A stretch of 64,000 nucleotides of DNA from an uncultured Acidobacteriota bacterium (GTDB lineage: Bacteria; Acidobacteriota; Terriglobia; UBA7540). Made by a program: the position numbers and the translations under genes. The stretch is from contig CAWDSK010000002.1 in the NCBI GenBank assembly GCA_963804995.1, positions 32,001 to 96,000 of the forward strand, read 5' to 3'. Shown piece after piece: positions 37,430 to 48,790 of this stretch (positions are counted from its first letter, which is position 1; each line of letters begins with the position of its first letter). The notes beneath the pieces are model-generated. The model was given only the letters and a program-made list of their open reading frames with translations, was not told the origin of the DNA and ran no database searches.

Positions 37430-38779
37430 TTACGGCCTTCCGCCGGGACCGCCACCGTTGCTCATCGAGGAGAGAAATTCCTGGTTGGACTTGCTCTTGG
37501 CCAGCTTGTCGATGATGAGTTCCATCGATTCCACGGGCGAGAGCGGGTTCAGAACTTTGCGCAGGACCCATATGCGGTTTAACTCGTCGCGGGGCACCAG
37601 CAATTCTTCCTTGCGTGTGCCGGACTTGTTGAGGTCAATGGCGGGGAAGACGCGCTTATCGACCAGCTTGCGGTCGAGGTGGACTTCCATGTTGCCTGTG
37701 CCTTTGAACTCTTCAAAGATTACGTCGTCCATGCGGCTACCAGTATCGATGAGGGCGGTGGCGATGATAGTGAGGCTGCCGCCTTCCTCGATGTTGCGGG
37801 CCGCGCCGAAAAAGCGCTTCGGTCGTTGGAGAGCGTTTGAGTCAACGCCGCCCGAGAGCACTTTGCCGGACGGTGGCACTACAGTGTTGTACGCGCGCGC
37901 CAGGCGGGTGATCGAATCGAGCAAGATCACCACGTCACGCTTGTGCTCGACCAAGCGCTTGGCCTTTTCGAGCACCATTTCCGCCACCTGCACGTGCCGG
38001 GCGGCGGGCTCGTCAAAGGTCGAGCTGATAACCTCACCCTTGACGGTGCGCTGCATGTCGGTAACTTCTTCGGGCCGCTCGTCGATGAGGAGCACGATCA
38101 GCGTGATCTCCGGGTGATTGGCGGTCACGGAGTTGGCAAGGGATTGCAGCAGCATGGTCTTGCCGGTACGTGGCGGCGAGACAATGAGGCCGCGCTGGCC
38201 TTTGCCGACCGGGGTGAGCAGGTCGAGCACGCGCGCCGAGATGTTGTCCTTGATCGTCTCGAGATGAATGCGCTCCTGCGGGTACAGGGGCGTGAGGTTG
38301 TCAAAGAAAATCTTGTTGCGGGACTCGTCCGGGGGTTCAAAGTTGATGGCTTCAACCTTGATGAGCGCAAAATAGCGCTCGCCCTCTTTGGGCGGACGGA
38401 TCTGGCCCGAGATGGTGTCGCCGGTGCGTAAATCAAACTTGCGGATCTGCGAGGGCGAGACGTAGATGTCGTCTGGGCCCGGCAGGTAGTTGTAGTCCGG
38501 GGCGCGGAGGAATCCGAAGCCGTCGGGCAAGCACTCCAGCACACCTTCGGAGAAGATCAGGCCGTTCTTCTCGGTCTGCGCCTGGAGGATCTTGAAGATC
38601 AACTCCTGTTTGCGCAGGCCGGTGGCCCCCACCACGGCCAGGTCTTTCGCGACCTGAGTCAGCGTGGTGATGTTCATCTCCTTGAGCTTGCCGATGTCGA
38701 GGACTTCACCCTCCTTCAGGTCCTCGATTCTTTCTTCTTGAACTTCGTCCGTCTTTACTTCTTGTTTCTTTGCAGGCAT
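37430..38779 (-). CDS. rho: Transcription termination factor Rho
   Basis: [46 protein letters not shown]. Confidence 0.98.
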   Translation of the reverse strand: MPAKKQEVKTDEVQEERIEDLKEGEVLDIGKLKEMNITTLTQVAKDLAVVGATGLRKQELIFKILQAQTEKNGLIFSEGVLECLPDGFGFLRAPDYNYLPGPDDIYVSPSQIRKFDLRTGDTISGQIRPPKEGERYFALIKVEAINFEPPDESRNKIFFDNLTPLYPQERIHLETIKDNISARVLDLLTPVGKGQRGLIVSPPRTGKTMLLQSLANSVTANHPEITLIVLLIDERPEEVTDMQRTVKGEVISSTFDEPAARHVQVAEMVLEKAKRLVEHKRDVVILLDSITRLARAYNTVVPPSGKVLSGGVDSNALQRPKRFFGAARNIEEGGSLTIIATALIDTGSRMDDVIFEEFKGTGNMEVHLDRKLVDKRVFPAIDLNKSGTRKEELLVPRDELNRIWVLRKVLNPLSPVESMELIIDKLAKSKSNQEFLSSMSNGGGPGGRP

Positions 38780-39089
38780 AACTTTTCTCTCAGTTTCGTT
38801 GAAATTTCCGGTCGCAGGACCGTTCGGTTAGTTGTTCAGGCTCTACTGCCAAGTCGCTCGCGGAATCGATCCTCAGAAGTGACGGATTACTGAGATAGCA
38901 AGGCAGTCTTAAAAGGTGCGGCAAGATACGTCGTAAGTAATAGCAAAACTTTGCAGAGTTGATTGTCAGAGATTTAAAACTGGCGCCCTAACGCGAAACG
39001 TGCAGAGCCCATAATCCAATTGCATGGATGCACCTCGGGTCTGATTGGTTTCAAATCCTCCCTTAATAAACAATCTTCCCTGGAACTGT

Positions 39090-41520
39090 CTAGTTGGTCA
39101 TGGGTTCCCGGCCCAAATCTTGAGAGGGAGTATCGATCGTGGACGGGGTCCCCTCTCCGGCAATGAGGAGAGGGCGAGGTTCGAGCTTGGTTTCGAGCGC
39201 AATATCAAGCACTTCGTCCATACTCTCCACAGAACGAATCGTCAACTCTTGCTGGATGTTCACTGGAATGTCCGTCAAGTCTTTCTCGTTGTCGCGGGGC
39301 AGGATAACCGTGCGACTGCCTGCCCGGTGCGCCGCAAGCAGCTTTTCTTTGACCCCACCAATCGGCAGAACCTTGCCGCGCAGAGTGATCTCACCCGTCA
39401 TCGCTACGTCGCGCCTTACGGCAATCTTGGTCAGCGCGCTGATCAATGCCGTGGCCAGCGTGATGCCCGCCGAGGGGCCGTCCTTCGGAATGGCGCCCTC
39501 CGGGATATGGATGTGAACATCGATGTGACGGTAGAAATCGGGGTCCAATCCCAGTAGGGCAGCCCGGGACCGCACGTAAGTCATGGCGGCTTGGGCTGAT
39601 TCTTGCATCACGTCGCCTAGTTTGCCGGTGAGCAGGAGCTTGCCTTTGCCCTGCATCAGGGTCGCTTCGATGTTCAGGATTTGGCCGCCCACTTCCGTCC
39701 AAGCCAAGCCTGTCGCTAAACCCACCTCATTCTTCTCTTCGGCCTTAGTGTCGCGGAACTTGATGACGCCAAGGTATTCCTTGAGGTCGTCCGGACCCAC
39801 TGTGACCTGAAGGTTCCGGCCCTCCTTCACAACTTTGCGGGCCACTTTGCGGCAGACGTTGGCTATTTCGCGCTCGAGGTTGCGAACCCCTGCTTCCCGG
39901 GTGTAATGCCGGATGATGTGAACAATCCCCTCGTCCGGAAGTGTGAGATTTTCTTCCTTCAGGCCGGCAGCCTCGCGCTGCTTTTTGACCAGGAAGCGCT
40001 TGGCGATTTCAAGCTTTTCAGGTTCCGTATAGCCTTCCAGCCGCAGGATTTCCATCCGGTCCTGAAGGGGTTGGGGGATGGTGTGCACGACATTGGCGGT
40101 GGTGATGAAAAACACCTTGGAGAGGTCATACTCAACATCGAGATAATGATCCATGAAGGTGTTATTCTGCTCAGGATCAAGGACCTCCAGCAGCGCCGCG
40201 GAGGGATCGCCACGGAAATCCATGCTCATTTTATCCACTTCATCCAACAGGAAAACAGGGTTTACGGTGCCCGACTTCTTCATCATCTGGATGATTTGGC
40301 CGGGCAGCGCGCCGATGTAAGTACGCCGGTGGCCGCGGATTTCGGCCTCATCTCGGACGCCCCCTAAGGATAGTCGGACGAACTTCCGACCTGTAGCTCT
40401 GGCAATTGACCTGCCAAGAGATGTTTTGCCGACACCTGGGGGGCCCACAAAACAGAGGATCGACCCGCGAGGGTTCTTGACGAGTTGACGCACAGCCAGG
40501 AATTCCAGGATGCGTTCCTTAATCTTCTCCAATCCGTAGTGGTCCTCTTCCAACACCTTTTGGGCGCGGGTAATGTCGCGGATTTCCTTGGATTTCTTCT
40601 TCCAAGGCACGGCCAGCAGCCAATCGAGATAATTGCGCAACGGTGGATTCCGCAGACATGGGCGGCATCATTTCCAGGCGCTTCAACTCTGCCATGGCAT
40701 GCTCCAGCGCATCCTTGGTCATGCCCGCGGTTTCAATTTTCTTCTTTAGCTCATCGATCTCGCTCTTCTCGTTTCGGCCCAATTCCTTCTGGATGGCCTT
40801 GATCTTTTCGTTCAGATAATACTCGCGCTGGGCGCGTTCCATTTGACGCTTCACGCGACCCTGGATCGTGCGGTCCACATTCAGTTTTTCTATCTCGATT
40901 TCCAGGATGTCCGCCAGGCGGGTCAGGCGGTCGACCGGGTCAAAGATCTCAAGCAGTTCCTGCTTTTCCTCGATGCTGACATTCAGATTGGCGGCGATAG
41001 TGTCGGTGAACTTGCCGATTTCGTCCACTTTCACAGCCGCAATCATTGTCTCGTAATTCAGGCTTTGCGAGAGCTTGACATACTGCTCGAAAAGCGAAGT
41101 GGAGCGCTGCACCAGTTGTTCCAGGCTAGGTGTAGTGACCGTCCGGAATTGCTTGGTCTGGACGCTGACCCGGAAGTGGCCTTCCTCGTTCGAAATCTTC
41201 AAAACCTTGGCGCGCTCCGCACCCTCCACTAAGACCTTGATGTTGCCATCGGGCAGCTTCAGGCTCTGAACGATATTGGCAATGGTCCCCACTTGGAAGA
41301 TTTCATTCGGCTTGGGATCATCCACGGCGGCGTCGTGCTGCGTGGCGAGAAAAATCTTCTTTTCGCCCGCCAGTGCTTCCTCAAGGGCCCGAATGGAGCT
41401 TTCGCGTCCCACCACGAAAGGAGTCATCATGTGCGGGAAGATGACCACGTCGCGGATGGGCATCATTGGTAACGTGCGAGTTTCGTTCTTTTCACGGCCA
41501 GAAAACATAGGGGAATCCAT
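39090..41520 (-). CDS. lon: Lon protease, split by an apparent frameshift near 40638
   Basis: N-domain (40519-41520) and AAA+/protease part (39090-40640: [17 protein letters not shown]) lie in different frames; junction ACC GTT G CGC AAT TAT. Confidence 0.93.
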
Positions 41521-42788
41521 TAACCTGCCTTCTCGAGGAATGTGGAGCTGAAGTTGATCTCGTGGTTCTTGACCATTTCTTCGGTCACGACGAAGTCTCG
41601 GAGTTTGCGCTGGCTGGGAAGGTGATACATCAAGTCAAGCATCAAGTCTTCCAGAATCATACGCAGCCCGCGCGCGCCCACCTTCCTTTCAAGCGCCTGG
41701 GCGGCGATGGTGGAGAGGCTTCCCTCCGTGAACCGCAATTTAACGTTTTCGAATTCAAAGAGCCGCTGGTATTGCCGGACCAGGGCATTTTTGGGTTGAG
41801 TAAGAATCTCCACAAGCGCCGCCTGGTCCAAGTCACTCAGGACACTCACCACGGGCAAGCGGCCCACAAACTCCGGGATCAGTCCGTAGTGGATCAGGTC
41901 CGTCGGCTGCACTTGCTCCAGAATCTCGATGTCGCGTCGGTTGTAAGTCACCGGCGTCGCCTGACTCTCGCCATGAAAGCCTATGGTCTTCTTGCCCATG
42001 CGGTGTTCAATGACCTTTTCCAGCCCCACGAAAGCCCCACCGCAAATAAACAGGATGTTGGTCGTGTCCACCGGGGTGCATTCCTGGTGGGGGTGTTTGC
42101 GGCCACCCTGCGGCGGAACGTTGGCCACGGTACCTTCCAGAATCTTGAGCAGTGCCTGCTGCACGCCCTCGCCCGAAACGTCGCGGGTGATGGAGGGGTT
42201 TTCATCTTTCTTCGAAATCTTATCGATCTCGTCGATGTAGATGATGCCCTGTTGGGCCCGCTGCACGTCGCCGCCGGCGCTTTGCAGGAGCTTCAGGATA
42301 ATATTCTCCACGTCCTCGCCGACGTATCCTGCCTCCGTGAGTGTGGTGGCGTCAGCGATGGCAAACGGCACTTCCAACACACGCGCCAACGTCTGCGCCA
42401 GAAGCGTTTTTCCCGTGCCTGTCGGCCCAATCAGGAGAATGTTGGATTTTGTCAACTCAACGTCGCTGCGGATTCGCGTCAGGATGTTCCGTTTGTAGTG
42501 GTTGTAAACCGCCACAGCAAGTTTCTTCTTGGCCTTTTCCTGTCCCACTACGTACTGATCGAGGAAGGTCTTGACCTCGGTGGGTCGCGGCAATTTAGTT
42601 TGCGTCGAGGGCAGGCGGTCGCCACGGTCTTCTTCCAAGATAGAATTACAAACCGCCACGCACTCGTCGCAAATGTACGCCTGCGGATGCTCCCCCGGCG
42701 AAGAGATAAGCTTCGTCACGGCATCCTGAGGCTTCTGACAGAACGAGCATCGAAGCGCTTCCTCGGAACCAGGGCGTTTCAAAGTCAT
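41520..42788 (-). CDS. clpX: ATP-dependent Clp protease ATPase ClpX
   Basis: CSFC...ICDEC Zn finger, [24 protein letters not shown] loop. Confidence 0.97.
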   Translation of the reverse strand: MTLKRPGSEEALRCSFCQKPQDAVTKLISSPGEHPQAYICDECVAVCNSILEEDRGDRLPSTQTKLPRPTEVKTFLDQYVVGQEKAKKKLAVAVYNHYKRNILTRIRSDVELTKSNILLIGPTGTGKTLLAQTLARVLEVPFAIADATTLTEAGYVGEDVENIILKLLQSAGGDVQRAQQGIIYIDEIDKISKKDENPSITRDVSGEGVQQALLKILEGTVANVPPQGGRKHPHQECTPVDTTNILFICGGAFVGLEKVIEHRMGKKTIGFHGESQATPVTYNRRDIEILEQVQPTDLIHYGLIPEFVGRLPVVSVLSDLDQAALVEILTQPKNALVRQYQRLFEFENVKLRFTEGSLSTIAAQALERKVGARGLRMILEDLMLDLMYHLPSQRKLRDFVVTEEMVKNHEINFSSTFLEKAG

Positions 42789-42797
42789 CTCCGTGGA

Positions 42798-43403
42798 TCA
42801 CTTGTGCTTGTAAATGATTTCATCGATGATGCCGTATTCGTGCGCCTGCTGGGCGCTCATCCAGAAATCGCGCTCCACATCGCGTTCAATCTTTTCTATT
42901 GGCTGATTGGAATGCTTGGCCATGATTTCGTTTAGGCTGGCACGAATTCGTAGAATTTCGCGGGCGTGGATATCAATGTCGGTGGCCTGCCCAGAGAGTC
43001 CCCCAATCGTGGGCTGATGAATTAAGACGCGAGCGTTGGGGAGGCCATAACGCTTGCCGGGCGTGCCCGCCGCGAGCAGCAGGGCAGCGATACTGGCAGC
43101 CTGGCCGATACAGATCGTGGCCACGTCGGGGCGAATAAACTGCATGGTGTCGTAAATGGCCATGCCCGCCGTAACCACACCTCCCGGGGAATTGATGTAA
43201 AGGGAAACGTCTTTCTCTGGATCCTCGGCTTCCAGGAAGAGTAGTTGGGCCGTCACTAAATTAGCAACGTTATCATCAATCGGCGTTCCGATAAATATGA
43301 TGTTATCTCGCAGAAGGCGGGAGTAAATGTCGTAGGCACGTTCGCCGCGGTTGGTCTGCTCGACCACCATGGGGATCAACGTCATATTGGGCTGATTACT
43401 CAT
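42798..43403 (-). CDS. clpP: Clp protease proteolytic subunit
   Basis: [24 protein letters not shown]. Confidence 0.97.
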   Translation of the reverse strand: MSNQPNMTLIPMVVEQTNRGERAYDIYSRLLRDNIIFIGTPIDDNVANLVTAQLLFLEAEDPEKDVSLYINSPGGVVTAGMAIYDTMQFIRPDVATICIGQAASIAALLLAAGTPGKRYGLPNARVLIHQPTIGGLSGQATDIDIHAREILRIRASLNEIMAKHSNQPIEKIERDVERDFWMSAQQAHEYGIIDEIIYKHK

Positions 43404-43442
43404 GGTCTCTATTTGCGGACTCCTTTAACCCGAGCCGACAAC

Positions 43443-44717
43443 TCACACATTTTTCCGAGTGATTTTCGCGTTGCGGTATATGAAGTCCAGCGCTTTTTGA
43501 TTGCGGCGAGTAGACTTCAGTGTATCCAGCTTTCCTTCTTGTGTCAAGCGTGTCTTTAACTCCGCAGCGGTTATGCGGCGCTCCTGCGCGAGTTCCCGAA
43601 TCAAATCATCCACTTCCTCTTCCGCCAGCTCAATCTTTTCCGCCTCAGCCACCCGGGTGAGGATCAAGGCTACTCGTACTTCCTTTTCGGCATCAGGTTT
43701 GGCATCCTCTCGAACCTTGCGCCAATCCACCTGGGTTTCTCGCGGGTCGATCCCCTGGGAAATCAATTGCGTAAGCGTCCGCTCCATCTTGCGGTCCAGC
43801 TGCGTCTCAACCAGCGCCTCCGGCACAGGAAAATCATGCGCCTCCAGAAGTTTTTCTGCCAGCTTCTGCTTGCTGGTCATTTCCACCTGGCGTGCCGCCC
43901 GCTCTGTCAAGCCATGGCGCAGCTTAGTGCGCAACTCCTCCAGCGTCGCAAACTCGCTAACTGACTTGGCGAGCTCATCGTCAGCCGGGGGAACCACTTT
44001 CCTTTTGATGCTTTGGATCTCCACTCGGTAACTCAGGGTTTTCCCTGCCAGGGATTTTTGGGGGTAATCTTCCGGGTAACTCGCTTGGATTTCCCGGACC
44101 TCACCCGCCTTGGTGCCCTGCAGGTTTTCCGTGAAAGCAGCCACGGTTTGCTTACTGCCCAGGTGAACCACAGCGTCTCGGGCTTCCACTGGCGGACTTT
44201 GGGGTGAGTTCACGTCACGCCCATGGTAATTAACCGTGACATAATCATCGTCTTCGGCAGGACGGTCCATTACCACTTCGAAGGTGGCAGCCTGCTCGCG
44301 TAACTCCTCAACGGCTTTTTCCAAGTCGGCATCCGTAACGCTCGCCTTCTCCTCTTCGACTTCCAGTTCCTTGTAGGGCTTCAGCTCAAAATCCGGAAAG
44401 ATCTCAAAGATGGCTTTGCAGGTCAGGGGCTGGTCGTTTTCAAACTTCAAATCGTCGAAACGGGGCTCGCCCACGATCGCCCACTTCTGATCTTTCACGG
44501 CGTTTGTAAAAAACCGCGGAACCAGGTGTTGAACTACCTCACTGCGAATGTCGTCGCGAAAGTGCTCGCGAACTAGCTGGGTAGGCGCGCGCCCGGGGCG
44601 AAAACCGGGGATGCGTGCCCGCTTGGCGATCTGTGCAGCTACCGAATCCGTTTCGCGCTGCACCACGTCTACGGGAATCTCAATAGCGAGTTCTTTTTTG
44701 CAGGTTGTGGCTTCCAC
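43443..44717 (-). CDS. tig: Trigger factor
   Basis: IPGFRPGRAP ribosome-binding motif, FKBP-like middle domain, upstream of clpP. Confidence 0.95.
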   Translation of the reverse strand: MEATTCKKELAIEIPVDVVQRETDSVAAQIAKRARIPGFRPGRAPTQLVREHFRDDIRSEVVQHLVPRFFTNAVKDQKWAIVGEPRFDDLKFENDQPLTCKAIFEIFPDFELKPYKELEVEEEKASVTDADLEKAVEELREQAATFEVVMDRPAEDDDYVTVNYHGRDVNSPQSPPVEARDAVVHLGSKQTVAAFTENLQGTKAGEVREIQASYPEDYPQKSLAGKTLSYRVEIQSIKRKVVPPADDELAKSVSEFATLEELRTKLRHGLTERAARQVEMTSKQKLAEKLLEAHDFPVPEALVETQLDRKMERTLTQLISQGIDPRETQVDWRKVREDAKPDAEKEVRVALILTRVAEAEKIELAEEEVDDLIRELAQERRITAAELKTRLTQEGKLDTLKSTRRNQKALDFIYRNAKITRKNV

Positions 44718-44962
44718 AATGCCTCAAAGGTTGATTAATCAAGGAGGTAAAATGCGGACGGCAGGGTTGGTACAGCACTAGCAATTCCGCTATGGTACCC
44801 CGAGTCCCACCTGGTAGGCGTCCGAGCCTCCTCAGACCCGAACTTCCTAAGTATAGCACACACCCTCACCCTGTCAACGTCCGCTGAACCTCCGACCCCA
44901 CCCGACAGTCCGAAGGTGCCAAACGGCTGCCTGGGTCCCCCTAAGACATTTTTCATACCCCC

Positions 44963-44990
44963 TTGACATTTCGAGAATTGAGTTTAGAGT
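44963..44990 (+). promoter_or_regulatory. Putative sigma70 promoter
   Basis: TTGACA-16nt-TAGAGT. Confidence 0.5.
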
Positions 44991-45167
44991 GTAGACAGGC
45001 ATAGTAGCCAGTTTCGCCGCGTTATCGGCCAAGTAGGATTGCGGGGCGCACGGCTGCAGCGGGCAGTTCGAGTCGCCACGCCCCCTATCGTAACCGATCA
45101 CCCGGCCTGTATCCCTTCCAATGGTCTGCCTCCACGCCCGAGGAAGTGGGCGCGAAAGGAGGTCGCC

Positions 45168-45311
45168 GTGTTCCAGATGATTAACGAGGCTGCATCGGAG
45201 CCCCAAGACCGCAAGACTTTCTTCGTCAAGATTGGTATGTTTCTTGTGGCCTTAGCTGCGCTGGGCGGTGTAGTTTATTTCTTTGGGTTCGTTTCTTACG
45301 CGAATCATTAA
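45168..45311 (+). CDS. Small single-TM protein (47 aa)
   Basis: RBS AAGGAGGT, GTG start, MFQMINEAASEPQDRKTFFVKIGMFLVALAALGGVVYFFGFVSYANH. Confidence 0.65.
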   Translation: MFQMINEAASEPQDRKTFFVKIGMFLVALAALGGVVYFFGFVSYANH

Positions 45312-46627
45312 GGTGGGGCGAGGGGAAACTGCTCTTCCACGAAGCGTAATGCCTCGGGGCGGGAGTGAATGCGCCCCTCCAACTGGGCATCCTCCACGGC
45401 TTGGAGGATTCTTTTGAAAATCGGGCCGGGATTATACCCCTGTGCGATCAAGTCGTTGCCGCTTACCAACGGTAGCGGCTTGATCTGTTCCTGCGGCGTT
45501 TCCGCCAGCATCTTCCGCGCCATTTCATAGTTCGTCAAATCGCCGTGACTAGCCAAGCAATCCAGCCGGTGGAGTTCCAGGTGTTCCGGGAATCCCTCCA
45601 TGCGCAAGAAACGAAGCTGGGTGGAGCGTTTCATACGGGGAAAATCCTTGAAGCGCAGATGGTGGCGCACGAGTTCCACCACTCGCTCCGCATCGCACGC
45701 CGAAAGCCGCATTCGTCCGCAGATCTCCTCAGCCATTTTCGCGCCCACTTCCACATGATTGTCAAATCGGATGCGCTCGCGGATAGCAAAAGTGGGTGGC
45801 TTGCCAACGTCGTGTAGCAACACGCCCAGCGCCAGCGTGGGGGTTGGGTGACGCAACTCCTCAAGCATCATCAGGGTGTGAATCCATACGTCGCCCTCGG
45901 GGTGAAATTCCGGCGGCTGCTCAACACCTTGCAGGCGCTTAATCTCCGGCAATACCTGTTCCAGTAACCCCGATTCATCCATCAGTTCGAACCCGCGCCG
46001 CGCTGGTCCTTCCGTAAGCAACTTCACGATCTCGTCGCGCACGCGCTCAGCGCTCACCCCGCGGATCTGGGCCGCTAACCGGCGAATTGCCGCCAGCACT
46101 GTGGGATCGATCTTGAGGTTAAAGCGTGCAGTAAAACGCACGGCGCGCAACATCCGCAAGTGGTCTTCGTTGAAGCGCTCCAGCGGGTCGCCAATTGTCC
46201 GCAGGCGGCGCGCGCGGATGTCTGCCTGCCCGCCCACAAAATCCAATACTTGTTCACTTGCCGGATCGTAGAGCAGGCCGTTGATCGTGAAGTCGCGTCG
46301 GCGCACGTCCTCCTGCGGGGTCTGGGAGTAGCGGACCTCGCGCGGGTGCCGCCCGTCTGCGTAAAGACCGTCGCTGCGAAACGTCGCCACCTCAACGTTG
46401 CCCGCCTCGCGCGGCACAATCACCACTCCGAACTGCGCGCCCACGGTGAGCGCGTCAGGATAAAGCTTCAGCACTTGGGGGGGCGTCGCGTCGGTGGCCA
46501 CGTCATAATCTTTGGGTTCGAGGCCCATCACCATGTCGCGCACACACCCGCCCACCAGGTAGGCCTGAAACCCTTCGGACCTGAGACGGCGCACAATCTC
46601 AGTGGCGACTTCACGCTTGGTATCCAT
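45308..46627 (-). CDS. cca: CCA tRNA nucleotidyltransferase / poly(A) polymerase family with HD domain
   Basis: LVGGCVRD, DYDVAT, RRDFTINGL, EDHLRMLRAVRF, FHPEGDVWIHT, LLHDVGK. Confidence 0.92.
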   Translation of the reverse strand: MDTKREVATEIVRRLRSEGFQAYLVGGCVRDMVMGLEPKDYDVATDATPPQVLKLYPDALTVGAQFGVVIVPREAGNVEVATFRSDGLYADGRHPREVRYSQTPQEDVRRRDFTINGLLYDPASEQVLDFVGGQADIRARRLRTIGDPLERFNEDHLRMLRAVRFTARFNLKIDPTVLAAIRRLAAQIRGVSAERVRDEIVKLLTEGPARRGFELMDESGLLEQVLPEIKRLQGVEQPPEFHPEGDVWIHTLMMLEELRHPTPTLALGVLLHDVGKPPTFAIRERIRFDNHVEVGAKMAEEICGRMRLSACDAERVVELVRHHLRFKDFPRMKRSTQLRFLRMEGFPEHLELHRLDCLASHGDLTNYEMARKMLAETPQEQIKPLPLVSGNDLIAQGYNPGPIFKRILQAVEDAQLEGRIHSRPEALRFVEEQFPLAPP

Positions 46628-46739
46628 CAGGCCTATTACATCCGAGGATGGGCGTCTCTGCAAGTGTTCTGGCAATGGCCGCGGTGGAATTTACTCGGGT
46701 GAGAGGGAGGTTGGCTACCCGCGGTGTGATAACCCGAGG

Positions 46740-47306
46740 CTAACGTGACTGCAGCGCCTCTTCGATGCTGCGCAGCATAAAAACATCTTCCTGGTTATAA
46801 GCCAGCACCTCGTTCTTTAATTGCTCTTCTTGCGTGGCTTCGTATTTCTTCCAGGTTTCGTCTGCCCACTTGCCATCTTTGCCCGGAAGCTTGCGCTTTA
46901 GTCCCAGGCTCTGCTCAACCACCTTCTGCCCTCCCCAGAATCCTTTACGCCAGCACTCGGGGCACAGGTCAACGTGCTTGAACTCTTCGTCCAGCACTAC
47001 TCCGAGTTGTGCTGCGATGACGGGGAAATCGAATCCGGTGTAACCCTTCACTTTATCGGGAATCGACCGCCCATTGTAAGTCACCAGCCGATCTACTCCC
47101 TTGAGCACCAGCATCAAATTGGCCTTCGTCGCATCTTTCCCCACAAGCTGGATGAAGGAGTCGTTCCCACCTTCCAGAATCCGCACACCGATAACCGTGA
47201 TCTGGTGGTGCTTGCAGTCCTTGAACAGCCGCTGGTCGGTGAACTTACCCACGTAGCGTGTTTCGATATCAAGGTAAGCGGTTTTCATGTCTGCTCCCAG
47301 ACTCAT
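46740..47306 (-). CDS. RNase H-like (DEDD, YprB-type) exonuclease domain protein
   Basis: YLDIET, LVTYNG, FDFPVI, HVDL, LAYNQEDV. Confidence 0.8.
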   Translation of the reverse strand: MSLGADMKTAYLDIETRYVGKFTDQRLFKDCKHHQITVIGVRILEGGNDSFIQLVGKDATKANLMLVLKGVDRLVTYNGRSIPDKVKGYTGFDFPVIAAQLGVVLDEEFKHVDLCPECWRKGFWGGQKVVEQSLGLKRKLPGKDGKWADETWKKYEATQEEQLKNEVLAYNQEDVFMLRSIEEALQSR

Positions 47307-47354
47307 TCCAGTCTACTCCCCTCGGACGCCGCGGCGACAGAGGATGGAGTGGCT

Positions 47355-48563
47355 TTACTCGCGCCCCAGGAACTCACGCCTCTTGCGGGTTTTCGCCTGC
47401 TGGCCTGACTCAACGGAGCGCGCCAGTTGCACGGCATCAAATCCGAACTTTTCCCGAACTTTGTCAGCGGCCTTAAGCACTTTGTCAAGCTTCTCATGCT
47501 GTGCGGCATCGATCAGGCTGCGCTGAAAAGCGGCGCGCCCCAGGTTTGACGATCGCACCCCCACCAGGCGAATCTTCTGCTTGCCGTTCCAGGCATTCTC
47601 AAACAGCCGCAGCACGCTGGCAAAAATGACGGAGTCAAGGTTGGTGGGTTCATCCAGAGTCAGGTCGCGAGTCAGGGTTTTGAATGGGGCGAAACGCAGC
47701 TTCAATCCCACGGTGCGCGCGAAGAGGCGGTGATCGCGCAGGCGGCGGCCCACGAGTTGTGCGAGATAGGAAAGCGTACGCTCAACTTCCTCCGGGTTGT
47801 CGATATCCGTGTCGAAGGTGGTCTCGTGGGAGATTGACTTCGGCTCCTCTTCGTACTGGTAGGCTTCGATATCCAGGCCGCAGGACTTGGTGTAAAGCCA
47901 ATCGCCGAATTTCCCAAAGCGCTCGCGGAGTTTGTCGCGCCCCATCTGCTGCAAGTCGCCAATGGTGACGATGCCAAGCGAGCGGAGTTCCGGCTCCGTG
48001 ACTTTTCCGATTCCCGGCATGCGACGGATGGGCAGAGGGGCCAGGAACGCCGCCTCGCAACCGGGCAGCACATAAAGCAAGCCGTGGGGCTTCGCCTGAT
48101 CCGACGCGATTTTGGAAACCAGGTGCAACGTCGAAAGGCCAATCGAGCAATTCAGGTCGGTTCGTTCCTTAATGGTGCGAATCAAGCGGTCGGCACCTCG
48201 AAACGCCGAACCGTGCAGGCGCTCGCACCCGGTCAAATCGAGGTAAGCTTCATCAATCGAAACCATTTCGACAACGGGAGTGAACTCTTCGAATATTATG
48301 TGGATCTTCCGCGAATACTCCCCGTACTTCCGGTGCTGACCGCGCAGAAAAATGGCATGCGGGCAGAGCTGCTTGGCAGTGCGAATCGGCATGGCGGAAT
48401 GCACACCAAACTTGCGCGCCTCGTAGCTTGCGGCCGCCACCACACCGCGCCCGTCGGGGTCAGCCCCCACAATGACAGCGTTACCTTTGAGGGAGGGATC
48501 TTCCAGTTCCTCAACGGAAACGAAAAACGCATCCATGTCGACGTGCAAGATTTGGCGCAACAT
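47355..48563 (-). CDS. dinB: DNA polymerase IV
   Basis: ILHVDMDAFF, AASYEARKFG, SIDEAYLD, KIASD.AKPHG, KSISHETTF. Confidence 0.96.
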   Translation of the reverse strand: MLRQILHVDMDAFFVSVEELEDPSLKGNAVIVGADPDGRGVVAAASYEARKFGVHSAMPIRTAKQLCPHAIFLRGQHRKYGEYSRKIHIIFEEFTPVVEMVSIDEAYLDLTGCERLHGSAFRGADRLIRTIKERTDLNCSIGLSTLHLVSKIASDQAKPHGLLYVLPGCEAAFLAPLPIRRMPGIGKVTEPELRSLGIVTIGDLQQMGRDKLRERFGKFGDWLYTKSCGLDIEAYQYEEEPKSISHETTFDTDIDNPEEVERTLSYLAQLVGRRLRDHRLFARTVGLKLRFAPFKTLTRDLTLDEPTNLDSVIFASVLRLFENAWNGKQKIRLVGVRSSNLGRAAFQRSLIDAAQHEKLDKVLKAADKVREKFGFDAVQLARSVESGQQAKTRKRREFLGRE

Positions 48564-48790
48564 CGTCCGTAGTCCGTTGTCAGTAGTCCGTTGCTCGTAG
48601 CCGGTGGTCCGCTCAGATTACCACTCCCAAGGGGAGAAGGCTTCAATAGATAAAGACGAGAATTGGATAAGCGTCCTCACCGGGGGAGAATCCATGATTA
48701 GGGTCGATACTCGTTACCCACATAATCCCAATGAACAGCGGGATGGGCGCAAAAAAAAGGAGTGCTTGGCTACTGACAACGGACCACTGA

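Noticed and set aside
45043..45085. tRNA gene (GGGGCG...GTTCGAGTC...CGCCCC)
   Set aside because: Only ~43 nt, with no D or anticodon arm and an imperfect T stem
48570..48770. LexA/SOS box upstream of dinB
   Set aside because: No convincing CTGT-N8-ACAG, GAAC-N4-GTTC or GTTC-N7-GTTC match seen
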